A stretch of 64,000 bases of DNA from positions 192,001 through 256,000 of the forward strand of contig CBDBPB010000007.1 in the NCBI GenBank assembly GCA_965208615.1, in the 5' to 3' direction. Below are positions 17,821 through 30,300 of the stretch, piece by piece; positions within the stretch are counted from its first letter, which is position 1, and every line of letters begins with the position of its first letter. The notes under the pieces were generated by a model. It did no database searches. It saw only the letters and a list, made by a program, of their open reading frames with translations, and was not told the DNA's origin. The translations under genes and the position numbers were made by a program. Origin of the DNA: Spirochaetota bacterium. GTDB taxonomy: Bacteria; Spirochaetota; UBA6919; CBDBPB01.

Positions 17821-19143
17821 ATGTTAATGAAAACAGTTTTAGTTGCTGATGACAATGAAAAACTACAGCAGACATTAACAAAATTCTTAAAATTAAATAA
17901 TTTTTGTCCTATTAATGCTTTATCTATTGGTAAGGCTATATCTCTATTTAAACAAAAACGTTTTTCTATAATACTATTAGATCAGAATATGCCTGATGGA
18001 AGAGGCATGAATGCAATTAAAAAATTCCAGGCAATTGATAAAGATATCCCTATTGTAATGATTACAGGATATGGAGATGTTACCACCGCAGTAGAGGCTA
18101 TGAAACTTGGAGCAAAAGACTTTATACCAAAGCCTATAAACTATAAAAGACTACTTGCAGTTTTGAATATATTAACTCATAATAGTGATTTTGAGGATAG
18201 TCAAAAAACAGATAATGAAGAGAAATTACTTTGTACTAGTAAGGCTTTTATAGATATAATAAACCAAGTTAACATTATTTCAAAGAGTGACTTTTCTATT
18301 ATTCTTGAAGGAGAAACTGGTACAGGAAAATCATACCTAGCTAACTATATACATAGCCGTAGTAATAGGTCTAAAAATCCTTTTGTTAAAGTTGATGTTG
18401 GTAGAATACCTGATTCACTGGTAGAAGCTGAGCTATTTGGATATGTTAAAGGTGCTTTTACTGGTGCTGATAAGGATAGAAAGGGATATTTTGAACTAGC
18501 TGATAAGGGGACTATCTTCTTAGACGAAATTGAGAATATGTCCCTTTATGTTCAGAGCAAGCTTTTATCCTTTGCGGAAGATGGAAAAGTTTATCCATTA
18601 GGCCAGTCTAATTCAATGGGACTTGATTTGCGTATTATTACGGCTACTAACCAGGATATTAAAACAAAGATGGTTGAAAGAGAATTTAGAAAAGATTTAT
18701 TTTATAGGATAGGTGAATTTGTTATTACTGTACCGCCTTTGAGGGAGCGTATAGAAGATATAGTTAGTTTGTTTAGGTATTTTCTTAAAAGTTCGGCAAA
18801 AAAGCTAAATAAGACTATAGAGGGCTTTTCTGAGGACTCTATGAGGCTATTAACTGGTTATAGTTGGCCGGGTAATATTAGAGAATTAAAAATGGTGGCT
18901 AATAGGGCTGTATTACTATGTAATAACAAGATTATTAGACCTAATAATATTGTATTAAGCAACTTAACTACAAAGAAGAAAGAAAGTGCATCTTTTTCTT
19001 TAAAAAAAGCTCTTGCCGAAATAGAAAAGGATATGGTAGAAAAAGCATTATTAGAGACAAAAGGGAATAAGTCAAAAGCCGCTTCTATATTAGAAATAGA
19101 TTATAAAACTCTTTTATCTAAGATTGCAAAGCATCACATTTAG
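17821..19143 (+). CDS. Sigma54-dependent response regulator (NtrC family: REC-AAA+-Fis HTH)
   Basis: LDQNMP, GETGTGKS, GAFTGA, FLDEI, WPGNIREL, TKGNKSKAASILEI. Confidence 0.95.
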   Translation: MLMKTVLVADDNEKLQQTLTKFLKLNNFCPINALSIGKAISLFKQKRFSIILLDQNMPDGRGMNAIKKFQAIDKDIPIVMITGYGDVTTAVEAMKLGAKDFIPKPINYKRLLAVLNILTHNSDFEDSQKTDNEEKLLCTSKAFIDIINQVNIISKSDFSIILEGETGTGKSYLANYIHSRSNRSKNPFVKVDVGRIPDSLVEAELFGYVKGAFTGADKDRKGYFELADKGTIFLDEIENMSLYVQSKLLSFAEDGKVYPLGQSNSMGLDLRIITATNQDIKTKMVEREFRKDLFYRIGEFVITVPPLRERIEDIVSLFRYFLKSSAKKLNKTIEGFSEDSMRLLTGYSWPGNIRELKMVANRAVLLCNNKIIRPNNIVLSNLTTKKKESASFSLKKALAEIEKDMVEKALLETKGNKSKAASILEIDYKTLLSKIAKHHI

Positions 19144-19275
19144 TCTACTTTTTAGCTTTGTAAGCTTATAGCTGAAAAACAACTCTAAAAATATATATAA
19201 ATTTAACTTTTAATATTATTTTGTAATTTTTTTAGGTTATCGCTGTATTATATAGTGTTAATTATTTTAGATAGT

Positions 19276-19315
19276 TTATGGAAGAATTCATAATGTTTAT
19301 GGAGTTTTTCCATAA
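19276..19315. promoter_or_regulatory. Tandem palindromes, candidate enhancer (UAS) for a sigma54 activator
   Basis: TTATGgaagaattCATAA (19276-19293) and TTATGGAgttttTCCATAA (19297-19315), 60-100 bp upstream of a -24/-12-like element. Confidence 0.5.
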
Positions 19316-19375
19316 TTTAAAAAATATAATAAATTTTAACTTCTTGTTAAATAGTCAATAATATTAATAACAAAG

Positions 19376-19392
19376 TTGGCATAGTTATTGGA
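19376..19392 (+). promoter_or_regulatory. Sigma54 (-24/-12)-like promoter
   Basis: TTGGCATAGTTATTGGA versus consensus YTGGCACGRNNNTTGCW; correct spacing but GG instead of GC at -12. Confidence 0.5.
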
Positions 19393-19466
19393 TATTATTA
19401 AAACAAGTATAACTATTATCTTTGTTTAGTATAGTTATAAGATTAAAAATAAAGAAGAGTAACTAA

Positions 19467-19709
19467 ATGACTAACAATATTACTAGTAATATAACTTATA
19501 AGAATAAACTATTATACTGTCCAAACTGTATGGAGAATACATATCACGAACCTCAACAGCCTGATAACGAAATTGATAATAAGTTGTTATGCTGGTCAAA
19601 GTTAGAGGTTCAATATAGTTGTAAGCAGTGTTATCAAAGTCAGAGTCGTAATGTCTATATATTTTTTCACATAGATAGTAATAATCCTTTTAAAGTAGGC
19701 TTGGGATAA
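19467..19709 (+). CDS. Small putative zinc-ribbon protein
   Basis: 80 aa with YCPNC..TYH and YSCKQC pairs; purine-rich upstream sequence. Confidence 0.6.
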   Translation: MTNNITSNITYKNKLLYCPNCMENTYHEPQQPDNEIDNKLLCWSKLEVQYSCKQCYQSQSRNVYIFFHIDSNNPFKVGLG

Positions 19710-19830
19710 GGTTATTAGTAATTGCCCTTCTATGGATAATAATTTTCTAACGTTGAATTCTAAGAGTCCTACACTACCTTATCGTAGTTATTTAATTAAT
19801 CTTAAAACTCTCTAACAAAGAAGGCTTAAG

Positions 19831-22019
19831 TTGAAAATTAATCGTCTTAAGGACAAGATTTTCGAAAGAGAACAGCTATATAAGGCCTTATTTGATTTTA
19901 TACCCGAAGCCGTTTTAGTAATACATAACTATAGTATTATAGATTGTAATCCTAAAGCATTAGAGCTATTCAACTGCGACTATGATCAAATTATTGAAAA
20001 GCCCATATCATTTATATCCCCTAATTATCAGTCGGACAATAGGGATTCTGCAGAAGAGCTAAATAGATATATTAAAACGGCAATCAATAATAAGACAACT
20101 TCTTGTGAGTGGGAGCATTGTAAATATGATGGTACAATATTTAAGGCAGAAATATCCCTTAAGAGCCTTGATATATCAAATAATAAGTATATATTGTGGA
20201 TTGTTTAAAGATATATCTTATGTAAAAAGTATTGAACAATCATTACAAATGCGGATAATATTTGAAAACGCTATAATGGCTATATCTAACTACTTTATTA
20301 ATCGTGATATATCAAAAAGTAGACTTTGTAGTTACTGAGGGACTCCACGCCATAGGAAACTTTATTAATGTAGATATTAGCTATTTGGGAACATTTTCAG
20401 AAGATAGAAAAAAAATATTTTGTTATCATTATTGGTCATCGAGTTATCCCTTTAATAAACCAGGCCATATCTTTTGTGATGAAATTAATTGGTGGATAAA
20501 AAAACTTTATTCCTTTGAGCCGGTTATTATTAATCAGATGTCTGACCTGCCTATAGAGCTTAGCAAAGACTTGGATATTTTTAATCCTATAAAGGCTAAA
20601 TCGCTATTAATGATTCCTATGGTATATAATGATAGTCTGTTAGGCTTTATGAGTCTTGTATCCATAAATAAACCAAGAATATGGACTGATGATATTATAA
20701 CCTCAATAAAGATTATTACTGGTATTTTTACTTGTGTTTTGGCACATAAAAAGGCAAAAAAAGCTCTAATAGAGAGTAAAGACAGATATAAAACCCTTGT
20801 TGATAATATTAATGAATATATTTATAGCTTTGAATACTATGATGATAGGTTTATTAGGGCTTATCACACTAGAAAGTGTTTTGACATTACTGGTTATTTA
20901 GTGGATGAGTATATTAAAAATTCCAATTTAATTTTTGATATAGTTTATCCAGATGATAAAAATAAAATTATTTTGTTTTTTCATGAAATAAAGAAAACAT
21001 TTAAATCATCTACCATAGAGTATCGTATCCTTCATAAGGACGGCTCTATTAGGTGGATATCAAATACGTGTACTACCAGAATTAAGGAGGCCAAATTAAT
21101 TGGTATAGATGGGTTTATAGTTGATATTACAAAACGTAAACATTTTGAAACGTCGTTAAAAAGGTCTAAACAGGTTTTAAATGATACTCTTAGTCATTTG
21201 ACTAAGGCTCAGAATAGGTTGATCCAGTCTGAGAAAATGGCATCTTTGGGAAAACTCTCTACTGGAATTGCTCATGAGATAAATAATCCCGTTAATTTTA
21301 TTTATACAGCACTACCCCCGTTTAAGGAAACACTAAATCATGTTTTTTCACTTTTTGATATATGTAAGGGGTTTAAATATAATAGACAGCAAAGTATTAA
21401 CGATATAATTAATCAGCTTAAGTTATACGAAGAAAAGAGTGACTTTAATAGTACTAAAAATGATATTAATTGTTTTTTTGATATTATTTCTGAGGGTGCT
21501 AACAGAGTTATAAAGATTGTTCAGTCTATGCAACAGTTTTCTTCTGGTAATAAGGTTATGGATAGAGCTAATATTAATGAGGCTATTGATTCGATTCTTA
21601 ACTTATTGTCTAATAAGATTAAAACAAGAATTAGTATTATTAAGGATTATACAGATAACTCTATTATTGAATGCAATTTAACTCAGATATCCCAAGTGCT
21701 TATGAATATTATATCTAATTCAGTACACGCCATTGACAATAAAGGAGAGATTAAAATTAAAACAAATAGAAAAAAGTGTTCTTTTTGTATTAACATCTCG
21801 GATACAGGTTATGGTATTAATAAGAAGATTTTAAATAAAATATTTGATCCATTTTTTACTACTAAAGAAGTGGGTAAGGGTGTTGGATTAGGGCTTTTTA
21901 TTAGTTACGAACTTATTAAAAAACACCAGGGGTCTATAAACGCTGTTAGTGAGACTGGAAAAGGTACAACCTTTCAAATCCAACTGCCTATTAAGCAAAA
22001 TGATACGGTGAAACCATGA
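19831..22019 (+). CDS. PAS-GAF-PAS sensor histidine kinase, split by two frameshifts
   Basis: ORFs 19831..20208 (PAS), 20105..20338 and 20304..22019 (GAF, PAS EYRILHKDGSIRW, QSEKMASLGKLSTGIAHEINNP, DPFFTTKEVGKGVGLGL) read as one protein. Confidence 0.8.
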
Positions 22020-23193
22020 AACAAAAACCTAAAATACTTTATATTGACGATGAAGAAATGAATCTTAAGACTTTTGAGATGACTTTTAAAAATGAGTATA
22101 ATATTATAACATCTTTTTCTGGAGAGAATGCATTAGAGAAACTTAAAAATATTGGTGAAGTTCCTGTTATTGTTACGGATCAGCGTATGGTTGGTATGTC
22201 CGGAATTGATTTATTAGAGGTTATTCGTTGTATGTATCCAAATACTATTAGGATACTCCTGACCGCCTACACCGAAAAGAATGACTTTTTTGAGGCAATT
22301 AATACAGGAAAGGTATATAGCTATATTATTAAGCCGTGGAAAAAAGAAGAGGTAAAAAAGGTTTTGGATGATAGCATTGAAAAATATTCTCTTGTTAAAG
22401 AGAATGCAAAACTTTTTGCAGAGCTTACTATTAAGAATAGGGAACTTGAACTTCAGAATGAAAAGTTAAATAAGGTATTGGATGATCTTACAAAAACGCA
22501 AAAACAGCTTCTTAATCAAGAAAAAAAGGCTGTTGTAGGATCATTAGCCGCTGGACTTGTTCATGAAATAAGAAATCAACTTAGTCCCCTATCTTTTTTG
22601 GAGCTTGTAGAAGGTGATCTATCGCCAAAAGTAAAGGAGTATATAAAGTACATTTTTGACGGCAGAAGTCGTATATTAAATATTATAGATGAGGTAAAAA
22701 GTTTAGCTAAGGATGAGTCTGTACAATACCAATTTAGCAGATACGAACTTAACGATATTATTAATGAGTCTATACTACTATCTAAAATGGATTCTGAAAA
22801 TAAGCGTAAAAATATTATTTTTGAGCCTGATTTTAATGGTTATGTTTTGGTTAATAAGAATAAGATTATACAGGTGCTTATAAACCTTATTAATAATGCT
22901 ATTCATGCAATAGAGAATACAGAAAATGGACGGGTTTTAATTAAAACAATAAAAGTTAATGATCATGTTGTTATAAAAATTATTGATAATGGTCTTGGTA
23001 TAAATAGAACTTTGCTAAATAAGATCTGGAAACCTTTTTTTTACTACTAAAGGAGAAAAAGGTACTGGGCTATGTTTAGGTATAACTAAAACGGATTATA
23101 GAAGGACATCATGGAGAAATATTTTGTAATAGTAAGTTAGGAAAGGCGAGCTTCATTTAATTTTACTCTTTTAATAGATAATAATAATATAGT
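22016..23193 (+). CDS. REC-histidine kinase hybrid, frameshifted in the HATPase tail
   Basis: N-terminal REC (VTDQRM), GLVHEIRNQL H-box, N and G1 boxes; after KPFF the motif TTKGEKGTGL continues in another frame past the T-run near 23035-23042; end approximate. Confidence 0.8.
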
Positions 23194-23311
23194 TAATTCT
23201 ATTATAGAATAGACTAAAATAAGAAAAATATTTTATTTATACATTAAATTTTAACTATCTTATATAAAAGACTATTCTTACTCAAAAAAAGCATTTTAAT
23301 TTAACAAATTA

Positions 23312-25014
23312 ATGAATAAATATTACAGTTTTTTATTAATAATAGGTCTTTTTATTCTGATGACTACTCATTTGGCCTATGATATAACATTTAATACAGT
23401 TAATCTAACTGTGTATATTAGTTTTTTCTTATTAGGTATAGTATTATTAAGTAGCCTTAGTTATTTATTGAAAAAGGTATTGGGCAATATAAATAAAAAA
23501 CCAGGACTGTGGAGATTTAGAAAAAACTATTGGAACGCTGAATAATAAGTTTACTGAGCTTAAGGATCAACTTAGGCTTGAGCTTTCTAACAGAAAGCTA
23601 AATGACACAGCTCTTAAAGAGATAAATATCCTTTATAATAACTTATTAAGCATTATGGACGAGGGGAGTTATAGCCTTTGATAAAGACTATATAATTACT
23701 TATGTAAATAATAAGTTATGTGATCTTATTGGATATAGAAAAAATGAGATTATTAATAGAACTCCTAATTTTTTTATAGATGGCCCTGATAGGCTTAGTT
23801 TTAGTCAGAGGAAAAGCAGTTCTTACGAGCTTATTTTAAGGCATAAAGATAATAGTCCAGTTTTTGTAAAAATATCCCCAAAAACAGTATTTGATAATAA
23901 CAATAATTTTATTTCTAATTTTGTAGTTCTTAGCAACATAACAAAACAAAAAAAGGTAGAAAGTTCTATTATAGAGAGTCAACAGTTTATTTTGGCATTC
24001 TTAAAGGCTATTCCAGGAACCTTTATTATTATTGATCCTTTGGGAAAGATAATCTCTATTAATGATGTAGGCGTAAAAAGGTTTAATAAACCTTTTAGTG
24101 AGATTATTGGTAAAAATGTTTTTGATCAATTTCCTTTATTTTTACCTAAAAAGCATTATCATCAGGTTATAAAAAATAAGACTTCTGTTTATTTTATTAA
24201 TAGTTACTGTGAAACCTATTTTTATAATACCATATATCCTATTTTGCTTGATGGTTATATAAAAGAGATTGCTATATTTGCTCAGGATATAACAGAGAAA
24301 AAGAGAATTGATGATAAAAAGATTAAAAGCCAAAAAGCTGACTCTTTAACTCTATTTGGAAAAGGGATTACTCATGATTTTAAAAACGTTTTTTTCTATT
24401 ATAAGTGGCGAGCTATCGCTGTTGAAGATATATTCAAAAGATGATGAGTTATTAACGGAATGGGCTTAATAATTTAGAGCTTGGACTTAAACAGTCTGAA
24501 AGCCTTCTTGAACAATTAGAAGGTTTTATTATGGATAATAAAATGTCTAAAGTTGTTGTAAATATCCCTAAAACTTTTAAAGGATTGTCTAAGATTTTAT
24601 TTAGAAAAGAGCAATATCTATGTAAAATTTAGTGTTAATATGGGCTTGTGGCCTGTATCTATAGACATGCATCAAATTAGACAAGTTATTAATAACATTA
24701 TTATAAACGCAAAAGAGGCTATGGATAATAAAGGAAATTTTGAAGTATATGTTTTTAATAAAATTGAGCGTTATAATCTTTATAGAGAAAGTAAAAGCTG
24801 GGTTGTCATAACATTTAAGGATTATGGAAAGGGGTTAGAAAAGAAAGACTTAGAAAGGATATTTGAGCCTTATTTTACAAAAAAACCCTCTGGCACTGGG
24901 CTAGGTTTAGCTATTAGCAGTTCTATAATTGATAATCATAATGGGAGGATTGAAGTTAGTTCAAATCTAAACTATGGAACTAGCTTTTCTGTTTATTTAC
25001 CTGCATATAATTAA
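23312..25014 (+). CDS. Membrane-anchored PAS-PAS histidine kinase, multiply frameshifted
   Basis: Two TM segments (23312..23545), PAS fragments, GITHDFKN H-box (23992..24444), HATPase FEPYFTKKPSGTGLGL (24640..25014). Confidence 0.7.
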
Positions 25015-25067
25015 ATATCATTAGGTTAATAGATTTTATATTACTTATTATTAAATTAGGAGACTTT

Positions 25068-25512
25068 ATGAATATAGGTATTGGTTCTGATCACGCAGGA
25101 TTTTTATTAAAATCTAGCATTATTAACTATTTTAAAAAAAAAGCTATTAGTTATACGGATTTTGGTACCGATTCTGTAGAGAGTGTAGATTATCCAGATT
25201 TTATCTTTTTGGTTGCAAAGGCGGTTTCTGAAAACAAGGTTGATAGTGGAGTTGTAATTTGTGGTTCAGGTATTGGTGCATCTATTGTAGCCAATAAGAT
25301 TAAGGGTATTCGTGCGGCTAGGTGCGAGAATGAGTATGTTGCTAGGTTTTCAAGAAGGCATAATGATGCTAATGTTTTAGCCTTAGGAGAAAGGGTTATG
25401 GGTTCTGAACTGGCTATTGCTATTATAGATGTTTGGATTAATACTGGGTTTGATGGTGGACGGCATCAAAAGAAGGTTAAATAAGATTGCTGAGTTAGAA
25501 AAGCGATTTTTA
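25068..25512 (+). CDS. rpiB: Ribose-5-phosphate isomerase B, last codons frameshifted
   Basis: GSDHAG, VDYPD, CGSGIG, RRHNDANVL, FDGGRH; typical tail LNKIAELE continues in another frame after about 25470. Confidence 0.93.
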
Positions 25513-25545
25513 AGTGATTTTGTATAATCATAATTTTAAATAATA

Positions 25546-26421
25546 GTGGTATTTAATTTGATTAACTCAAACAGTGAACTATATGGTATTATTGGACATC
25601 CGGTGAGTCATTCTCTATCGCCAATTATGCATAATGAGGCCTTTAAATATTTAGGTCTTAATAAAATATATCTCGCTTTTAATGTTACTGATGTTGAAAA
25701 GGCTATATTGGGTGTTAAAGGGCTTAATATTGGGGGACTTAGTATTACTATACCTCATAAGTCTGATGTTATGCCCTATCTTGACTGGATCGATGATATA
25801 GCTGAAAAGATTGGCTCAGTTAATACTATTGTTAATGAGGGGGGTATATTAAAGGGATATAATACTGATGGTTATGGTGCATATATGTCTATAACAAATC
25901 ATAGTATAGACCTTAATAACAAATCCGCTTTGATTATAGGGTAATGGTGGAACTGCAAAATCTATTGCCTATACGATAATTGATCGAGTTAATTTAGAAT
26001 GCCTTTATATATTGGGGCGAAGCAAAAAGAAACTTGATATTTTTATTAATAGGTTAAATAGGCAATTTTCCAGATCAAAAGATTATACCTATTATTGAAC
26101 AGGACTTATCATTATTGGTTGAGTCTACAGAAAAGAGTTCAATAATTATTAATACAACTCCTATTGGCATGGCTCCTTTTGAGGATAGAACCCCAATAGA
26201 TTTTAACCTTATAAAGTCTTAGGCATACTGTATTTGACGTTGTTTATAAGCCTTTTAGGACTAAGCTGTTAAAAGAGTCAGTTAAAAGGAATGCCCGTAT
26301 AATCGACGGACTAGACATGTTGGTTAATCAGGGTATTATTCAGTTTGAGCTGTGGACAAATAAAAAAGCACCCGTTGAGATTATGTATAAGACTGTTTAT
26401 GACTGTGTTAATGCTAAATAG
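25546..26421 (+). CDS. aroE: Shikimate dehydrogenase, broken by several frameshifts
   Basis: GHPVSHSLSPIMHN, ITIPHK, GSVNT, GYNTDG; downstream frames give GNGGTAKS, INTTPIGM, FDVVYKP, DGLDMLVNQG..QFELWT. Confidence 0.9.
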
Positions 26422-26433
26422 TTAATAATGTTT

Positions 26434-26509
26434 TAGCGGCGCAGGGATTTGAAACCCCGGACACCGTGGATTATGATTCCACTGCTCTAACCAGCTGAGC
26501 TACGCCGCC
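26434..26509 (-). tRNA. tRNA with CAT anticodon, probably elongator tRNA-Met
   Basis: GGCGGCGTAGCTCAGCTGGTTAGAGCA-GTGGA-AT-CAT-AA-TCCAC-...GGGGTTTCAAATCCCT-GCGCCGCT-A cloverleaf; one extra T in the T-loop; Ile2 not fully excluded. Confidence 0.9.
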
Positions 26510-26588
26510 ATAAACATATATAATTTAGAGGTAAAAACAAGTTTTATTAGTATTATGTAGATCTGCATTGTTAATGGTTAGCTTATTT

Positions 26589-26662
26589 TAGCGGGGGCAG
26601 GACTCGAACCTACGATCTTCGGGTTATGAGCCCGATGAGATAACCAACTTCTCCACCCCGCG
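26589..26662 (-). tRNA. Initiator tRNA-fMet (CAT)
   Basis: CGCGGGG acceptor with unpaired C1, GGG/CCC anticodon stem around CT-CAT-AA, GGTTCGAGTCC T-arm. Confidence 0.95.
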
Positions 26663-27227
26663 ATGTTGTTTTATTAAAATAATATTTTTATTATTTAAGT
26701 CAAGTAAATTTATAATTCTTAGCTAATTATATAGTTAGATGTCTATTATGCGTTAATAGTGATTAATCGTTATATAGTCATGGGTTATGCTTTGGAATAG
26801 AATATCTTTTTATTTGCTGTTTTCATTATATGTAATATTAAAACACTTATTTATTAAGTTTAGTTGGAGCAACATAAGGATATAGTGTGGGATTATGTTA
26901 GACAATAATGATTTTTAAGGACATTGGTTTATCTATATTCTGTTATGGTGGGCTATTAGATTGTTATAGTATGTATTAACTTGTTTTTTGTATATAGTTA
27001 TAATTTAGGCATAAAATGATAATTTGTATACCTTTGTTTTGCAAGATAATAAATATTAAAAAAAACTAAACCTTATAGAAGGTTACTAATATATATAACT
27101 ACATACATAACAAGTTGTTATGATGGTAATAGCTCGGTATATTGATTTGTTATAACGTTATATTTTTATTTTAATAAAACATAAAAATATTTTTTAAGAG
27201 ATAGTTTTACTTTTTTTTTAAGATAGT

Positions 27228-27256
27228 TTGACAAATTTATTAGTTGATGTTATCTT
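27228..27256 (+). promoter_or_regulatory. Strong sigma70-type promoter of the secreted-protein operon
   Basis: TTGACA-17 nt-TATCTT with extended -10 TG; AAGGAG RBS before ATG 27342. Confidence 0.75.
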
Positions 27257-27341
27257 AAAGTACAACTTATAGTATTAGGACTGCTCTATCCTAATCATAT
27301 AGGTTTAATATAAAATCATATTTAATAAGGAGAAATGCGTT

Positions 27342-30300
27342 ATGAACATGAAAAAAAGAATGATTTTTCTTTTTACGACGCTGATAGCACTCTTCTTTGT
27401 TACTATACTTGTATTCTCCCAAATAGAGGGTTCTGGAACTGTTGTTAGTCCGACAGAAGATCAAACTTATTTTAAGAAATCAAGGACTACTACTGGAAAA
27501 GGTCAGGCAGGACGAAGAGGTCCTTGGAGACAAGCTTCTTGGGAAAGACGAATACAACATTTTATCCAAGCTTTAAGAAAGGGTGATAGAAAAGCATTTC
27601 TTTATGTGGAATATTCTCTTTTAGCTGGATATGACAGTAACCTTGTAATGGGTTACCCTTCCAAAAACAGAAAAAGAAGTGGAGTAATATTAAGCTTACA
27701 AAAAGAAGCAGTTAATAAAAAAACGTCTATTATTAAGATTATTACTAAAAACGATCCTAAAATTAGAAAAAAGGTTATCCACGCAACACTTAGCGGACTC
27801 TTTAATAAAGATCCAAGGGTTAGGTTAACTGCCGTAAACTTTTTAAGAAGGCTAATACCAGATCCAATTATGATTAAAGATGTCAAAAGAGCCTTGTTAA
27901 TGGAAACTGTAACTACTGAAAAGGCTAAATGGAGACCTAAAGATATAGATATTCCAAGTATAGAGAATCCAAGACTTGGCTGGGGAGCAGTAACTTATAA
28001 AAATGGTGAACTAATTCCTCTAAATAGTAAATATTATGACGGTTATGGAGAGGGGGTTAGAGGTATACTTAATGGTAATGCTAAGGGTAGATACCTGTCA
28101 GAAGGCCTATATGGAAAAGGTGAAAGAAATGACTATCCAACTGATATTATTGTAAACTATCTCGGAGATGAGGCTAAGTGGAGAGTATGGACTAAAGCTT
28201 CACTGCTTAGATATGGAGCAGATGAAAAAATAAGTGGTTTTGAAAAAATGTATGGTCTTTCTGAAACTGAGAAAATGCCAAAGTCTATATATCTTTATAT
28301 GGAGCCAAGAGCTAAAACTGAAGCACTTTATACTGCTTATCATAGTGTATGGGAAGAAATGAAAAAGCTGGAACTCTTTATTAGTAGGGCTGTTTGGTTT
28401 AATAGAATTAAAAATGGTGACCTCAATGCTATGAAATATATTAGTAAAGATACTTTTAGGGTTTTAGCTGATCAAATTGATGGAGAGAGTTTAAAATTTG
28501 TACCTATGGCATTGGCTAAAACATCTTTTAGGAAAGGTGGAGCAGATTTAATACTTAAGAATAATAGGCATATCTTTACTGAGAGTGAATATCGACAAGT
28601 TGTTGTAGGATTACTGCATAATCGTGTTACTAGTACGAGAGAGGAGTGTGCAAGGTGGTTAAAAGGACTTTTTGAGTCAAGTTTGACTAGTCATGTTGTA
28701 AAAAAAGAAATTAAAAAGGCTTTAAAAGAGGCTAGAAGAAGAGTGTTAATTGGTGATACCATTCGTGGTAGGCATTTACACGCAGAAGTTGTAGCTCCTT
28801 CTGGTCTTGACGAAATAAGCAAATGGTGGGGCGAGCTTGATGAAGTTGATACTAGTAAATGGCCTGATGATCAGAAAAGAGAAATGTTGGAGCTTTATAG
28901 AAATCAAGTTGAATATCCAGAAGAGTCTGAGATATACTTTCATAATAAACGAAAACCAGGTCAAGAACAAGAAGTAAAAAAAAGAAGATGAAATTACTAA
29001 AAAAAAAGATGTAAAAAGCGAGACTGCTGAAAAAAAAGATGTAAAAAGCGAGACTGCTGAAAAAAAAGATGTAAAAAGCGAGACTGCTGAAAAAAAAGAT
29101 GTAAAAAGCGAGACTACTGAAAAAAAAGATGTAAAAAGCGAGACTACTGAAAAAAAAGATGTAAAAAGCGAGACTGCTGAAAAAAAAGATGTAAAAAGTA
29201 AGACTACTACTATTGAACAATCTGATGATACAACTACTATTATGGATGATGTTCATCCTCTAATTAGTTCAACTGGTAATAGGAAAGCTAATTCTAGTGA
29301 GATAGAAAAATATCTTCAAAAAGATAGTTTTATTTTAAAAATGGAAACTGGAATAGATATTAATGAGCGGCCTGATTTAAAAAAAGCCGCTTCTGAGGCA
29401 GTTTTAAAAGTAGATATTGGTACACCTGATAGTGGTTCAGATTTATCCACAAAGAAGTCTGATCCTTCTAAAACAGCTGAAGAAGTTGAAGAAGACTTTA
29501 CTAGTAAAGATGCTGGTGATGAAATGCGTCCTGGCCAATCACCAGGTATTATCCCAGAAGGAAAAAAAACTAAAACTGGTGAGATCTATAAGCAGACCAG
29601 GATGATAGAAACTTTATTTTCTCTTCTTCTTGGTGATGGTAAAGACCTTCTTGAGGCATCTTATATTGATGTACAGGATGCAGTTATTTTGTGGATACAG
29701 CTAATCTTGGATGAGAAGATTCGTTTTAAGTGGTCGGCTAAATCGCAAGCTAGTTTTCCAGTTGCTTTAAAGAAAGCTGAGTCTGCTAAAGGTTCTCCAT
29801 TGACCTCTGAAGAAAAGTTATATCTTAAAGGCTTAGTGTTATATGAAGCAAAAAAATGGGCTCGTGGTAAAGTTTTGAATGATCCTAAGTTAAGTACTGT
29901 TGGTGGGTATGAGTTTATGGAGTGGTTTATTTTAGGTTCTACTGTTGCCTATGCTAGTGGGAAAAGAAAGAGTCTTCCAACTGAATATAAAACAAAGGCA
30001 TTGAGAGTTGAGCTTTGGCGTGAAAAGAATGCTGCATCTAATCTAAAAAAGCTTTGGGCTCTTACTTTGGCTGTTAGGGGAAAGTATTCAGTTAATAAGA
30101 TTAGTACTCCTCCTAGTGGTGTGATTAGCAAGTCTAAAGAAGGTTATTATAAAGAACTTCCTAGTGATGCAAAGAAACCTCTTCCACCTGCAGGAGAGTC
30201 TAACACTAAAGATTTGGTTGATAGAAAAGTAATTACTTCAGGACATGGAAAAGGTGGTTATCTTAGGTTTCATGATATTCAGGTAGGGCTGGATCAGGCT

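Noticed and set aside
19831-26421. True pseudogenes for three kinases, rpiB and aroE
   Set aside because: Indels cluster locally, favour homopolymers and also affect a tRNA, while motifs are otherwise intact; sequencing error is more parsimonious
29001-29210. Second 30-bp array as CRISPR, or the 134-aa minus-strand ORF 28852..29256 as a membrane protein
   Set aside because: No spacers; the FYIFFFSSLA repeat ORF is the antisense shadow of the EKKDVKSETA coding repeat
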